The position numbers and the translations under genes were made by a program. The notes below the pieces were generated by a model. The model did not search any database. It had not been told where the DNA came from and saw nothing but the letters and a program-made list of their open reading frames with translations. Shown here in pieces: positions 7,998 to 17,056 of a DNA stretch of 43,643 nt (within the stretch, counting starts at the first letter, position 1; the number at the start of each line of letters is the position of its first letter). This stretch comes from a virus. Taxonomy: Duplodnaviria > Caudoviricetes. The stretch covers positions 1 through 43,643 of IMG/VR virus record IMGVR_UViG_3300009179_000001, one strand, 5' to 3'.

Positions 7998-8117
7998 ATG
8001 GGATACTATGACAGAATTGGTGATGCTATAATAATAACGGCAAAGATTTTAGTGTGGTCTTTAATTGGATCCATATCTGGATGCACCATTGCTATTGCCT
8101 ATATTGTTTTGAATTAA
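7998..8117 (+). CDS. Small membrane protein, 39 aa
   Basis: RBS GGAGG; MGYYDRIGDAIIITAKILVWSLIGSISGCTIAIAYIVLN*. Confidence 0.55.
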   Translation: MGYYDRIGDAIIITAKILVWSLIGSISGCTIAIAYIVLN

Positions 8118-8131
8118 TCCGGAGTTTTGAA

Positions 8132-8413
8132 ATGAAAAACAACTGCGGAGTGATTGTTGAGATGCGAATCATGCCACATGGTTCAGAGGATAGAGAAAAT
8201 GCATTAAAATTTACATTTCTATGTGGAAGCAGATATAAATGCATCAACTTTATACAATCCAAAGAATATGATTCTGGTGGATATAAATGCTCAAACAATC
8301 CATGGGCCAGCATATGCAACTCTGAAATTGCCAATACTCAGGCTCTAGAAGCACTTTCGGGCAAAATACACGAGGAACTTTGCATGCGGCACAACGAAGA
8401 GATCAAAAAATGA
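8132..8413 (+). CDS. Cys-rich hypothetical protein, paralog 1
   Basis: RBS GGAG; aligns by eye with 8410-8682. Confidence 0.65.
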   Translation: MKNNCGVIVEMRIMPHGSEDRENALKFTFLCGSRYKCINFIQSKEYDSGGYKCSNNPWASICNSEIANTQALEALSGKIHEELCMRHNEEIKK

Positions 8414-8682
8414 AAAATAGATGCGAAGCGTACGCAACAGGTTTGATTAAAATTGAATCACTCGTGTTCAAGTGTGGGCATAATTTTACGTCTTGCAAAA
8501 ACTTCAAAAAGAAAAAAAACAGAACTGGTGAATGTTTTTATTTCGACATATATCACAGCAACGATCCATCCGAAACAGACTGCTATAGCAAACAGGCCCA
8601 AACCGATGCACTCGAAGAGCTATCAGCAAAAATAAACGAGGAAATTTATATGATGAACAGCGAGGCGTCTAAGAATGACTGA
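8410..8682 (+). CDS. Cys-rich hypothetical protein, paralog 2
   Basis: ATGA overlap; MKN.C...F.CG...C.NF...C.S..A.T.ALE.LS.KI.EE shared with 8132. Confidence 0.65.
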   Translation: MKNRCEAYATGLIKIESLVFKCGHNFTSCKNFKKKKNRTGECFYFDIYHSNDPSETDCYSKQAQTDALEELSAKINEEIYMMNSEASKND

Positions 8683-9361
8683 TTTGCAATCCAAGCAGCG
8701 AATCATTGACAAAACAACTCTTGAATTTAGAATCCTTCAACTGTTGCAAATGTTCCAGGTTTGTAGAGATCCTGAAACCAATGATGTTGTCTATATCAAC
8801 ACTAACATACGGTTTGATATTAAATTTATCGCTGATAAGTTGATCGTAAAAGACACTGACGATGTATTGTCGGCACTAATGGTGCTGAATAAGTATAAAG
8901 AGGATGACGCACCATGCCCGCTTGTTTTACGACAGGGTGTCAACTGGATTGTGTCGCAACATGGCGTTAAATACTTTACAGAGACAATTGTGAATGTTTG
9001 GCATAATACCAATAAATCGGTAGCGGAACATCGAGAAGAAGCGCTTATGGGAGCTATGGAGAAGTTTGGTAGATGGGTTCCAACAGAAATGACTACCGCA
9101 ACGCTCACCTCTCAAAATAAACCTAGTGCAAGAGACTCCGATGACAAAATTGCATCAATTGTTGATGCTAAAAACAAACTTGCGAGACAAGCGGCAAACG
9201 AACTTGGAGTGGATTTCAAAGATGCGTTAGATTATTTCAAAAATGGAACAGCAAAGGTTTGCAAAGGTGCCATAAATCCACATGTTGCTCTCGTTTCTTC
9301 GTTCAGAAGTGGGCGCGGAATTTGCAAGAAATGCGAGAAGATAGCGAGGTTTTGTAGATGA
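8675..9361 (+). CDS. Hypothetical protein with a C-terminal Cys/His motif (possible DNA-binding protein)
   Basis: 228-aa ORF, RBS GAGG; C-terminal C...H...CKKC. Confidence 0.65.
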   Translation: MTDLQSKQRIIDKTTLEFRILQLLQMFQVCRDPETNDVVYINTNIRFDIKFIADKLIVKDTDDVLSALMVLNKYKEDDAPCPLVLRQGVNWIVSQHGVKYFTETIVNVWHNTNKSVAEHREEALMGAMEKFGRWVPTEMTTATLTSQNKPSARDSDDKIASIVDAKNKLARQAANELGVDFKDALDYFKNGTAKVCKGAINPHVALVSSFRSGRGICKKCEKIARFCR

Positions 9362-9404
9362 TTTTGTATTTTTTCATTTTAGTTGTTTTATATGTGGTAA
9401 TATC

Positions 9405-9833
9405 ATGATTGAACTTCTTATATCGGCAATTTTTACTTGGCAACCATGCCCATCTAATCCTTGGTGGTCAAAACGATCTGAGCTATCAGATACCATTTTG
9501 ATGGAGTCGGGAAAATGGTCTGTGCCTGCTGAAGTTTTGACATGGGTTTCATTTTGGGAGTCTTCTTGGGATCAGAACGCGATAGGAAAACGAGGTGAGC
9601 TTGGACCTGTCCAGATAATGCCCAATGGTCCTATCGCTCGCAAATGCCTATCTTTTGGCCTTGATGTTGCATCGTGGGATTGTGCAGCCTTTTCCGTTTC
9701 CGGAGAATGGAAGGCGTGTCAAGGTGATTGGATTTGTTTTTTTAGGACGCATGCTTGTGGATCGATAAAGGGAACGTGCGGAATTGATAAGGCAGAATAT
9801 AGAGATAGCATTAGAAAATCAATTGGGTGGTAA
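9405..9833 (+). CDS. Lytic transglycosylase (SLT)-like protein, candidate endolysin
   Basis: 'WESSWDQNAIGKRGELGPVQIMP' matches the ES...A....G..Q.MP SLT motifs; hydrophobic N-terminus. Confidence 0.7.
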   Translation: MIELLISAIFTWQPCPSNPWWSKRSELSDTILMESGKWSVPAEVLTWVSFWESSWDQNAIGKRGELGPVQIMPNGPIARKCLSFGLDVASWDCAAFSVSGEWKACQGDWICFFRTHACGSIKGTCGIDKAEYRDSIRKSIGW

Positions 9834-9869
9834 TATGGAAAAAATATATGTGACCAACGAAGGTTAAAG

Positions 9870-10148
9870 ATGATTCTTTATCACGCAACAACCCCGAAGA
9901 AGGTGCACAGATACAAATCAACAAGGGCAATACTGTCACCGGTTAGAGGATTCGACACTTTTGATGCTGCCAAATATTGGGCAGAACGGCATAATAGATG
10001 CATAGTTCTTAGATTTGAAACCGATGATACGAAGACACATAAGCTTCCGGATCATCACAATATTCATGGTAGGGCCTATTGGGCCGAACAGAATATTGAA
10101 AAATGGGATATCGAGTGGACCAAAAAAGGAGTTGTATCAGATGTGTAG
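9870..10148 (+). CDS. Small hypothetical protein, possibly ADP-ribosyltransferase-like fold
   Basis: 'MILYHATT...GF.T...A..WA...IVL.F' resembles the strand order of H-type ARTs. Confidence 0.5.
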   Translation: MILYHATTPKKVHRYKSTRAILSPVRGFDTFDAAKYWAERHNRCIVLRFETDDTKTHKLPDHHNIHGRAYWAEQNIEKWDIEWTKKGVVSDV

Positions 10149-10701
10149 ATTCTATTTGTCAGTATTGTCGTTTGTCTTGTCGTTAGCAGTACTAATTGCA
10201 TCGGTTGAGTCCAGATGCGACGAATGCAAATTCTGGTCTGTAAAAAAATGCGACAATGATGTAACGTGCAACATCTATCAGCGAAGATCTGGTTTCAAGG
10301 TTGAAATAAAAACCATTCCAAGTTGTATATATGGGAATGTTGACATCATCAATGCAGAGACACTCAAAAGAGTCCAAAACGCAAAGGTGATATATGGATC
10401 TGTGATGGTCCAGGGCCAGATGATGATTGATTCTAAAAGAATGGATGTTCTAGACCTTGGTGGAATAGAATGGATTAGCGGTTTCCTTTATATCCACGGA
10501 AACCCATATCTAAAGCATGTTTACGCTGACAATCTTAAGCACGCATCGTTTGTTTCCATCATTAACAACCCAATGCTCAACCCGTGCGATGCTTGGGACA
10601 TTGGAAATGAAACGGAATGCAAAGCAGGGGTTTCTTGTATAGCTTCAGATAGGTTCGATGAATGGTTGAACAGCGGAGAATGCCCAGATGAAGCCAAATA
10701 A
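10141..10701 (+). CDS. Secreted Cys-rich protein with receptor-L-domain-like repeats
   Basis: RBS AGGAG; signal-peptide-like N-terminus; 'LGGIEWISGFLYIHGNPYL...NLKHASFVSIINNPMLNPC'. Confidence 0.65.
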   Translation: MCRFYLSVLSFVLSLAVLIASVESRCDECKFWSVKKCDNDVTCNIYQRRSGFKVEIKTIPSCIYGNVDIINAETLKRVQNAKVIYGSVMVQGQMMIDSKRMDVLDLGGIEWISGFLYIHGNPYLKHVYADNLKHASFVSIINNPMLNPCDAWDIGNETECKAGVSCIASDRFDEWLNSGECPDEAK

Positions 10702-10882
10702 GTCAGGCTATTACAACACATGATTTTTTACTCAATTTGAAAATAAATAACAAACCAGGCCTAACCCTGGATTGAGAGTCAACAATGGTGTTGGCCTATT
10801 GTTCTTTAATATGGGACGAATCTCAATGATGAGATTTACTCCAAAATCAGACAGATAGAGCGTCGACACAAAACGCTCAACA

Positions 10883-10970
10883 GAGGCGGCAGGATTGCGG
10901 AACATCAAGCCAATGTCGGACAGCGTCGAAACATTTCCCCTCCCCGGGTTCGATTCCCGGCGCCTCACTA
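10883..10970 (+). ncRNA. tRNA/tmRNA-like structure without a canonical anticodon arm
   Basis: Perfect T-arm CCGGG-TTCGATT-CCCGG (10944-10960); acceptor-like GAGGCG (10883-10888)/CGCCTC (10961-10966); ends ACTA; internal AATGT/ACATT hairpin. Confidence 0.55.
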
Positions 10971-10992
10971 GTCTAAAATAAAAGGAGACATA

Positions 10993-11286
10993 ATGGATTT
11001 GTTAAAAAAGATTGGCGAAAATTTGGAGTGTTTTCTCCTAAATATCCTAGGAGAGGAATCAAAGTCGCTAATAACTGAGGTTATTGAAGTTGCAAGGTTT
11101 GGGGGTGAAAAGCATCCAGATACAGACCAAAAGGCCGTGAATCACATCTCTCACGCCATAACGCACCTAGTTATGGAAGGAACCGATTTGGAAACAGGAA
11201 AGAGTGACGATGCTCATGCAATAGTTAGGCTCCTTCTAGCCATCGAAAAAATAGGAAGAGACAACTATAAAAGTAAAAGCAAATAA
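10993..11286 (+). CDS. DUF5664-like (dATP/dGTP diphosphohydrolase-type) protein, short
   Basis: 'EVARFGGEKH...HAITHL...D.ETGKS..AHAIVRLL'; RBS AAGGAG. Confidence 0.6.
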   Translation: MDLLKKIGENLECFLLNILGEESKSLITEVIEVARFGGEKHPDTDQKAVNHISHAITHLVMEGTDLETGKSDDAHAIVRLLLAIEKIGRDNYKSKSK

Positions 11287-11319
11287 AAACAGCATATTAA
11301 AGTTTTTAAGAAAAAAAGT

Positions 11320-11347
11320 TTGACATTTTTTCGCAGTTTATTACCCT
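11320..11347 (+). promoter_or_regulatory. Candidate sigma70-type late promoter
   Basis: TTGACA (11320-11325), 16-nt spacer, TACCCT (11342-11347); A-rich UP-like tract upstream; precedes the packaging operon. Confidence 0.45.
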
Positions 11348-11563
11348 CATATCAAGAACACCTACGCAAAAAGATCGAAAACAGACCACAAATCTGGAAT
11401 AGCTAAACGTCATATAAGACGTACACACGTAGTCTTCCTATCGGCCGTTAAAACACTTTGGCCTGGCAGGCCGAGCGAAGCGACTCGTTGTTTCAGATCT
11501 AAATACTAATTCGACAATGATCAATTGAGTAAAAATAGATCGTCCACACGCGCGCGATTATAG

Positions 11564-11722
11564 ATGACCGAGTACCACTGCAAATATGACGAGTTGGTTG
11601 ACCCGAATATTTTGGTCAACCACCCGAAGAATGCTAACAAACATCCAAACGTGGAAGATCTGGAAGGGGTGGCCGTGGCGGGGGCCGTAGGCGATAAACA
11701 AAACCAAACCCTCGGTGGGTAA
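11564..11722 (+). pseudogene. Truncated ParB/Srx-like N-terminal remnant, 52 aa
   Basis: MTEYHCKYDELVDPNILVNHPKNANKHP resembles the start of phage ParB-like proteins, then diverges; the stop abuts the terS ATG. Confidence 0.55.
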
Positions 11723-12061
11723 ATGACCGATGAAAATCAAACAGAACTTGAATATGTACTTGCCAAGATCGAGCGCGGAGAAAACCTCACCGAAGATGAG
11801 GTTGCACGCTTTCTCGACGAGGCAAAGCCACTCAGCGAACAGCGCGTTGGAAACCTGCTTCACGTGTCTCGTGACAAGGTCCTGAGGGTAATCGCAAAGA
11901 CGGTTCTTCTCGGCAAGATGTCCGATAAAAACACGATAAGGGTTTTTAACACGCTACAATATGCTTGCGAGCGGCACGACTTGATCAACGCACCAAAGAA
12001 GGAAGATATAGAAAGCTCCGTTAAAATCGAGATGGTCTTTCCTCAACTAGATGACACTTAA
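11723..12061 (+). CDS. Probable terminase small subunit
   Basis: Immediately upstream of and overlapping the large subunit; helical, with a C-terminal beta-like 'VKIEMVF'. Confidence 0.55.
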   Translation: MTDENQTELEYVLAKIERGENLTEDEVARFLDEAKPLSEQRVGNLLHVSRDKVLRVIAKTVLLGKMSDKNTIRVFNTLQYACERHDLINAPKKEDIESSVKIEMVFPQLDDT

Positions 12062-13427
12062 AATACCCCTTATACTTAACAAAACATATTGCGGAAAGCC
12101 AGTAGTCTGGAACCCACAGCCGGTACATTGGAAAATAATGGGCGAGATCTTCAAGCCCGAACCGCACACTACAAAACTGATTGATGTGGTGTGCGGGATC
12201 TCAGTTGGAAAAACGGCCGTAGGATGCGTTTCGGCAATTGGGTTGATGGAGAAATATCAAGGGATCCATATTCAGTTTTTGCAGCCGAATTACAGATTCC
12301 TGATGCGCGTTTTTTGGGCAGAGTTCCAGAAATGGGCTCCTCCTTCGCTATACAAAGTGCGCAACAAGGGAAAACCTGATTGGGAAGTCGAGTGGTATAA
12401 TGGTTCGATGCTTTACCCGTCCCATCGTTGGGTGAGCGGAAATCAGGACACAGCAGCGGACTTGCAGCGAGGAATGAATCTCGATGTCATCTTCGACGAT
12501 GAGGCTGCGATAGGGTTCAACCCTGAGACATACACAAACTCTCTTGGGCGTCTTAGGGTTCCCGGTGATGTGTCAGGCATTATCACTCTGTCTACTCCTA
12601 AGGTTGGCCCATACGGTGACCTACTTGCGATGCCTGGGCATAGAATAATACGGGCAAGAACGATTGATAATGCTGCCAATCAGAGAGAAGGTTTCGAGGC
12701 AAGTCTAAGATCGCAGATGTCAGAGCTCCACGCGAGACGCGAGCTCGACGGAGAAATGGTCGCCCTAGAAGGAATCGTATGGTCTATGTGGAGAGATGAT
12801 CGAAACATATCACCATTCGTGTTTCAACGCGGCAAGCCGTACATACTAGCCGGGGATATCGGAGTCCAATCATCGTGGTTGTGCTGTCAGCCAGATAACC
12901 GAGGCGCTCTGGTTGTAGTATCCGAATACCACGCGGACGATGGCGGAACCCGTGATGACATGCGCGAGGTGTTGAGACTGTGGGGTCAGCCTGCGAAGAT
13001 TATAACAGGGACTGACGTCAATACTGTTTCTCAGGTTTCAGGTGAAACTGCTGCGATAGAGATTAAGCGGACAATGTCATCGCTTTGGATGGTGAATCGC
13101 ATACCGATTGTTACTCCTTCAGAGGTAGACCAGGTATATCGCGACAAGTCGATTCAATATCATGCAATGAGCGACGCCATTGAGTCAGGTCGTCTGAAGC
13201 TTTCCGTTGGATGCACTGGTATGTCCGAAGCAGTTCACGGAAACAAAAACAGGTCATTCTACAAAATGATTCAACAAGACGCATGGCCAAAGCCTGGGGC
13301 TTCAGGATGGTTTGTTAAGGACAAGCGAAAGTCAGAGCGCGGAAGCGGTAACGAAGACGTCCGCGACGCTGCTTTGTATTTGTCGGTAGTAGAATTTCCA
13401 CCTAGAATAGGAGCGCAAGCAGCATGA
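12051..13427 (+). CDS. terL: Terminase large subunit
   Basis: Walker A-like 'CGISVGKT', Walker B 'VIFDDEA', motif III 'STP', 'ARRELDGEM', nuclease 'AGDIG' and 'EDVRDAALY'. Confidence 0.9.
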   Translation: MTLKIPLILNKTYCGKPVVWNPQPVHWKIMGEIFKPEPHTTKLIDVVCGISVGKTAVGCVSAIGLMEKYQGIHIQFLQPNYRFLMRVFWAEFQKWAPPSLYKVRNKGKPDWEVEWYNGSMLYPSHRWVSGNQDTAADLQRGMNLDVIFDDEAAIGFNPETYTNSLGRLRVPGDVSGIITLSTPKVGPYGDLLAMPGHRIIRARTIDNAANQREGFEASLRSQMSELHARRELDGEMVALEGIVWSMWRDDRNISPFVFQRGKPYILAGDIGVQSSWLCCQPDNRGALVVVSEYHADDGGTRDDMREVLRLWGQPAKIITGTDVNTVSQVSGETAAIEIKRTMSSLWMVNRIPIVTPSEVDQVYRDKSIQYHAMSDAIESGRLKLSVGCTGMSEAVHGNKNRSFYKMIQQDAWPKPGASGWFVKDKRKSERGSGNEDVRDAALYLSVVEFPPRIGAQAA

Positions 13428-13678
13428 GCGATCACGATCTTCTTATGCGCATGCATGACCGTTTGATGCAATGCGCAACAAAGGCCGACATAAAAGAGAT
13501 ATCCCAAAATGTTGGATATGATTGCGTTCGTGAGCACGAGAAAAGATTTCATTCTTCAGACTCAAATCCTGATATATCTATAACAGCAAAAGGTAATCCA
13601 AAATTGATGGCTGCTGTTGTTTCAATAATAACAGCAGCGGCAGTGTCTTTACTCGCAAAGTTTGGAATAAGTATTTGA
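13424..13678 (+). CDS. Small protein with a C-terminal transmembrane helix (holin-like)
   Basis: Hydrophobic 'LMAAVVSIITAAAVSLLAKFGISI'; overlaps both neighbours. Confidence 0.55.
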   Translation: MSDHDLLMRMHDRLMQCATKADIKEISQNVGYDCVREHEKRFHSSDSNPDISITAKGNPKLMAAVVSIITAAAVSLLAKFGISI

Positions 13679-15393
13679 TGCCAAATTCGAAAATTAAATA
13701 TTATCAGGAAAAACAGAGATCGGTGATTCGACAATCTCTTGATAGCCTGAACGATGCGACGCCTATAACTAATGAGAAGGCTTTAGACATCTGCGAATTT
13801 GTCACGCGAAAGAACGACTTTTGGACCGTGCGCAATGCTAACTTCATGCGCTACGGAACACAGATTGCTACAACTAAAGAGGCTTCTAACGGAGAGCTCT
13901 CAACCGACTATCGTCAGTTGTCTGGGCAGTCTCAGTACTACGCCCCCAACCTTATAGCTCGACCAGGTGAAGAGGCAAAGTTCGCTGCTGGACTGTACGA
14001 GACTGTTGTTTCCGGAGTTGCGCAAACAATCCTTAAAACGATTGCATGCTTGTTCACTTCTTTTGAACATCAGCTTTTATTTATGAAAGAAAATAAACAG
14101 TTTGTTGACGTCAACGAATTGATAGGTATCCACCGAGAAGGAGGGTCTCTTTACGATAAGCTGATACAGGCAGACACGCTTGCGTGTGGGTGTGATTCGT
14201 GTCTGTTGCATGTTTATATGAAGGGTGACGACTTGGCCTATGATGTTGTTTGGCCGTCTTCTGTTCATGTTGTTTTTGGAAGCAATTTAGAAGATAAGAC
14301 TCAGTTGCGCGGGTACGTTAAGCGATTTGTCGATACTACAGATCTAGAGGACGCATCGGCAGTGATTGTGTTCCTAGGTGGGCATTCTGAAAAGTCATCG
14401 TGGCAGGCATACATCGGAGCGTGTAAGGATTGGCCGAAAGGTCGAATGGTTTCATACCAACAAACCACAAGTTGGCCTCCACCGAAACCAGGAGACTCAT
14501 CTATCTTGTCGGAATACGAGCGATCTGACGTTGGCATTTGCAACCCAATGACTCATATCGCATCTACTATGAAGGGTGTCGGGCTTGGGTACGAATACCC
14601 GTTGGTGGTTATTCGAGGGGACGCAAGATATGGAGCGAATGAGTGCATCCCAATATCGGACACTTTTTTCTGTAACTGTAAAGAGATCGAAACTGCGTGG
14701 TCGGTCCTTCTTCGGTCAGGAATTAAGGCGGCTAGGGGGAAGGACATCATATCCGTCGGGGCGTCTTCTGACCGCTTGCCTGAATCGCTTGACGTTGTGG
14801 TTGTCCCGCCTGGATGCACCTACCAGTACATCCCAGGAAACTCGTCAGGTGTTACGTCCGCAATGGACGCAATCACAACCCTTACTAGGGCGGTCGGTTA
14901 TTCTCGTGGAGTTCCACCATACGTTATAATAGGCCCAGTTCCTAGCCAGCCTGAGAGCGGTGTAGCGCTTGCAATACGCACGGCTCCGCTTATCGATTTA
15001 CGAAATACTCGGATCCGATTGAACACCGCTCAGGTTCAAAAGATCGGTTATTGCGAGATGGCGTTGCTCACCGAGACAGACCCATCTCTTGCGTCTATGT
15101 TCTCGGGTGTTAGATCTGTTTGGACACCTGGACAATATCAAGTACCAACCGATATGAGCACTATGCTTATTGACATAGAAAAGGCCCGATCTCTAGAGGT
15201 TATAGACCAGGTTGAGGCAGTTCGACGGGCCATGGGATTCAGGACATCAGAGGACGCTATTGCGTGGATTGAGCAGCTCGCTGAAAGAGATCCAGACTAC
15301 AGGGGACTTGATAAGGAAGAGCCCAAGGTTGAAAATGTAACTGAGTTACAAGGTGAAGATACTCAACAAGAAGAGACACAAGATGTCGAGTGA
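13678..15393 (+). CDS. Portal protein
   Basis: ~570 aa after terL; SPP1-like 'ESGVALAIR..PL' motif; acidic tail. Confidence 0.75.
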   Translation: MPNSKIKYYQEKQRSVIRQSLDSLNDATPITNEKALDICEFVTRKNDFWTVRNANFMRYGTQIATTKEASNGELSTDYRQLSGQSQYYAPNLIARPGEEAKFAAGLYETVVSGVAQTILKTIACLFTSFEHQLLFMKENKQFVDVNELIGIHREGGSLYDKLIQADTLACGCDSCLLHVYMKGDDLAYDVVWPSSVHVVFGSNLEDKTQLRGYVKRFVDTTDLEDASAVIVFLGGHSEKSSWQAYIGACKDWPKGRMVSYQQTTSWPPPKPGDSSILSEYERSDVGICNPMTHIASTMKGVGLGYEYPLVVIRGDARYGANECIPISDTFFCNCKEIETAWSVLLRSGIKAARGKDIISVGASSDRLPESLDVVVVPPGCTYQYIPGNSSGVTSAMDAITTLTRAVGYSRGVPPYVIIGPVPSQPESGVALAIRTAPLIDLRNTRIRLNTAQVQKIGYCEMALLTETDPSLASMFSGVRSVWTPGQYQVPTDMSTMLIDIEKARSLEVIDQVEAVRRAMGFRTSEDAIAWIEQLAERDPDYRGLDKEEPKVENVTELQGEDTQQEETQDVE

Positions 15394-15841
15394 GTCACTA
15401 TCTTCTGCAATTGCAGATATGCACGCTGAGCTTGACGAGATTACGGATGATTACGCAGAGCAATACCGAAAGCGTATTGATGAACTTTTGAATAATCCAG
15501 AGTCACGAGATCTTAACTCGTGGAAGGCTTGGAAGGTTGATGAGCGCCTTTTTGAAATGACCACAACGGCCATTGAGAAGGCGACTAATGGCGTTCGAGA
15601 TGATATTTGGCTTTTCGCAATGGGAGGTCTTAGGGCGGCATGCGTGAAGCAGGCCTTTACAGAAATAATCGCTCCCAGGATTCTATCGGCAGTGTCTTCC
15701 GGAAGAAAATCAATTGCTAAACAGGCTGCGAAAATGGATCGCGCAGAGCTAAGGCAACACGCCAAGATCGGCACTCCCAAATCCGAATTCAACGCAGCAA
15801 AGGATCGCCGTAAAAATGCCAAGGCTGCCAAGGGAGAGTAG
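15383..15841 (+). CDS. Hypothetical head-region protein
   Basis: ORF coupled to the portal gene. Confidence 0.6.
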   Translation: MSSESLSSAIADMHAELDEITDDYAEQYRKRIDELLNNPESRDLNSWKAWKVDERLFEMTTTAIEKATNGVRDDIWLFAMGGLRAACVKQAFTEIIAPRILSAVSSGRKSIAKQAAKMDRAELRQHAKIGTPKSEFNAAKDRRKNAKAAKGE

Positions 15842-16409
15842 GGGAGGACGAGCTCCAGGTGGTCGATCACTTCGTGGGGCGACTCCTGCGCAGCGCTCTA
15901 GAGTGTTCAACGATGAAGGAAATAAGCTTCTTGCACCTTCGATTCAAAGATACGGAGGACCCGTTCCTCAATTGGATCCGTTTCCTTCTCTTGTTGAACT
16001 AGGAAAATTAAATGTCGCGCAACTAGGAGAAATACTCGACAGATACGGAATCACCGAACCATGGCCTCAACAAAGGGCAGCTCAAGTTGGGTACCTAAGC
16101 AGAATTTCAAAGATTCCTTCAGGTACACCACAGTTCGAAGCCGAGCTACAACGCCTTTTGGATTTTGATTCTAAACAGGGTCTATTAATGGCGGCTCGAC
16201 GTGCTAACCACGAATACGCCAAGGCATCGTTCGGAAGAGATGCAAAGTTGATTAGAATTTGTGAGGACGACGACGCTTCGTGTGAGACATGTATCCGCCT
16301 CGGTGGGACCATTGGCACGGTAGCAGAGCAAGAGGCGATAGGTTGGGTTGGAGCTGCATCGTGTGACGGTGGCGACAGATGCCGGTGTGAATACGCTGAG
16401 TATGAGTGA
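15816..16409 (+). CDS. Minor head / MuF-like protein
   Basis: C-terminal 'DDASCETC...CDGGDRCRC'. Confidence 0.65.
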   Translation: MPRLPRESRGGRAPGGRSLRGATPAQRSRVFNDEGNKLLAPSIQRYGGPVPQLDPFPSLVELGKLNVAQLGEILDRYGITEPWPQQRAAQVGYLSRISKIPSGTPQFEAELQRLLDFDSKQGLLMAARRANHEYAKASFGRDAKLIRICEDDDASCETCIRLGGTIGTVAEQEAIGWVGAASCDGGDRCRCEYAEYE

Positions 16410-17056
16410 TGGTTGCATTTGTTACGCTTAAGTGTCCGGAGTTAGCTCCAATAATTTCGATACTTGAGCAACTAAACCAAACAGGAAGCGAGTACACAGG
16501 CGTGCACCTAAAAGGTTTAGATCGTTCCGATTCTGATGCAAATAACGCTGAGGTATTGGATTACCTTGGAGAGCATGGGAGAAGGTTCGGTGAGTTGTTT
16601 TCTGACGAGCTCGATGAGATTTCTAAGATTGCCGCTTACGAATACGACGAAAGAATTCAGAAGGCCCTAAATCTTGCAAAAAAAGCTGCCGCAAAATCTG
16701 CTCGAGCATTGGGAAAAGAATTGGGACTTTCTGGGAAATCACTAAGAGATGTAGCTAGACAATCTGCATCAGCAGTCGAAGGATTCGACAGAACCGAAAG
16801 GTGGTCTAGGGAGACTGCTGCGGCAGTGTTGCGCTCGTGCATGAAAAAATACATGGATATAGTTGCGCAACACATAGCAGAGCAAAAAGCACCAGGTGGA
16901 GTTAGAGATTTCTCTGGAGGTCCAGACGCTCCGTATCCTGTTTCTAAGCAGAAGGATGTAGGGTTCAAATATCCAATTGGAAAGCGCACCGCGCAGTTGC
17001 TAGAAAATCTAGACCATACGAACGCTGCAGCTAGAATGACATTGGAAAGAAAATGA
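16409..17056 (+). CDS. Hypothetical head-region protein
   Basis: 216-aa ORF with TGATG coupling. Confidence 0.6.
   Translation: MVAFVTLKCPELAPIISILEQLNQTGSEYTGVHLKGLDRSDSDANNAEVLDYLGEHGRRFGELFSDELDEISKIAAYEYDERIQKALNLAKKAAAKSARALGKELGLSGKSLRDVARQSASAVEGFDRTERWSRETAAAVLRSCMKKYMDIVAQHIAEQKAPGGVRDFSGGPDAPYPVSKQKDVGFKYPIGKRTAQLLENLDHTNAAARMTLERK

Noticed and set aside
10732-10968. Minus-strand ORF 'MRRRESNPG...'
   Set aside because: Typical antisense translation of a tRNA T-arm, not a protein
10883-10970. Functional canonical tRNA, full tmRNA, or attP
   Set aside because: No valid anticodon stem-loop, no CCA, no tag ORF or pseudoknots, and no integrase in the genome; kept only as a tRNA-like element
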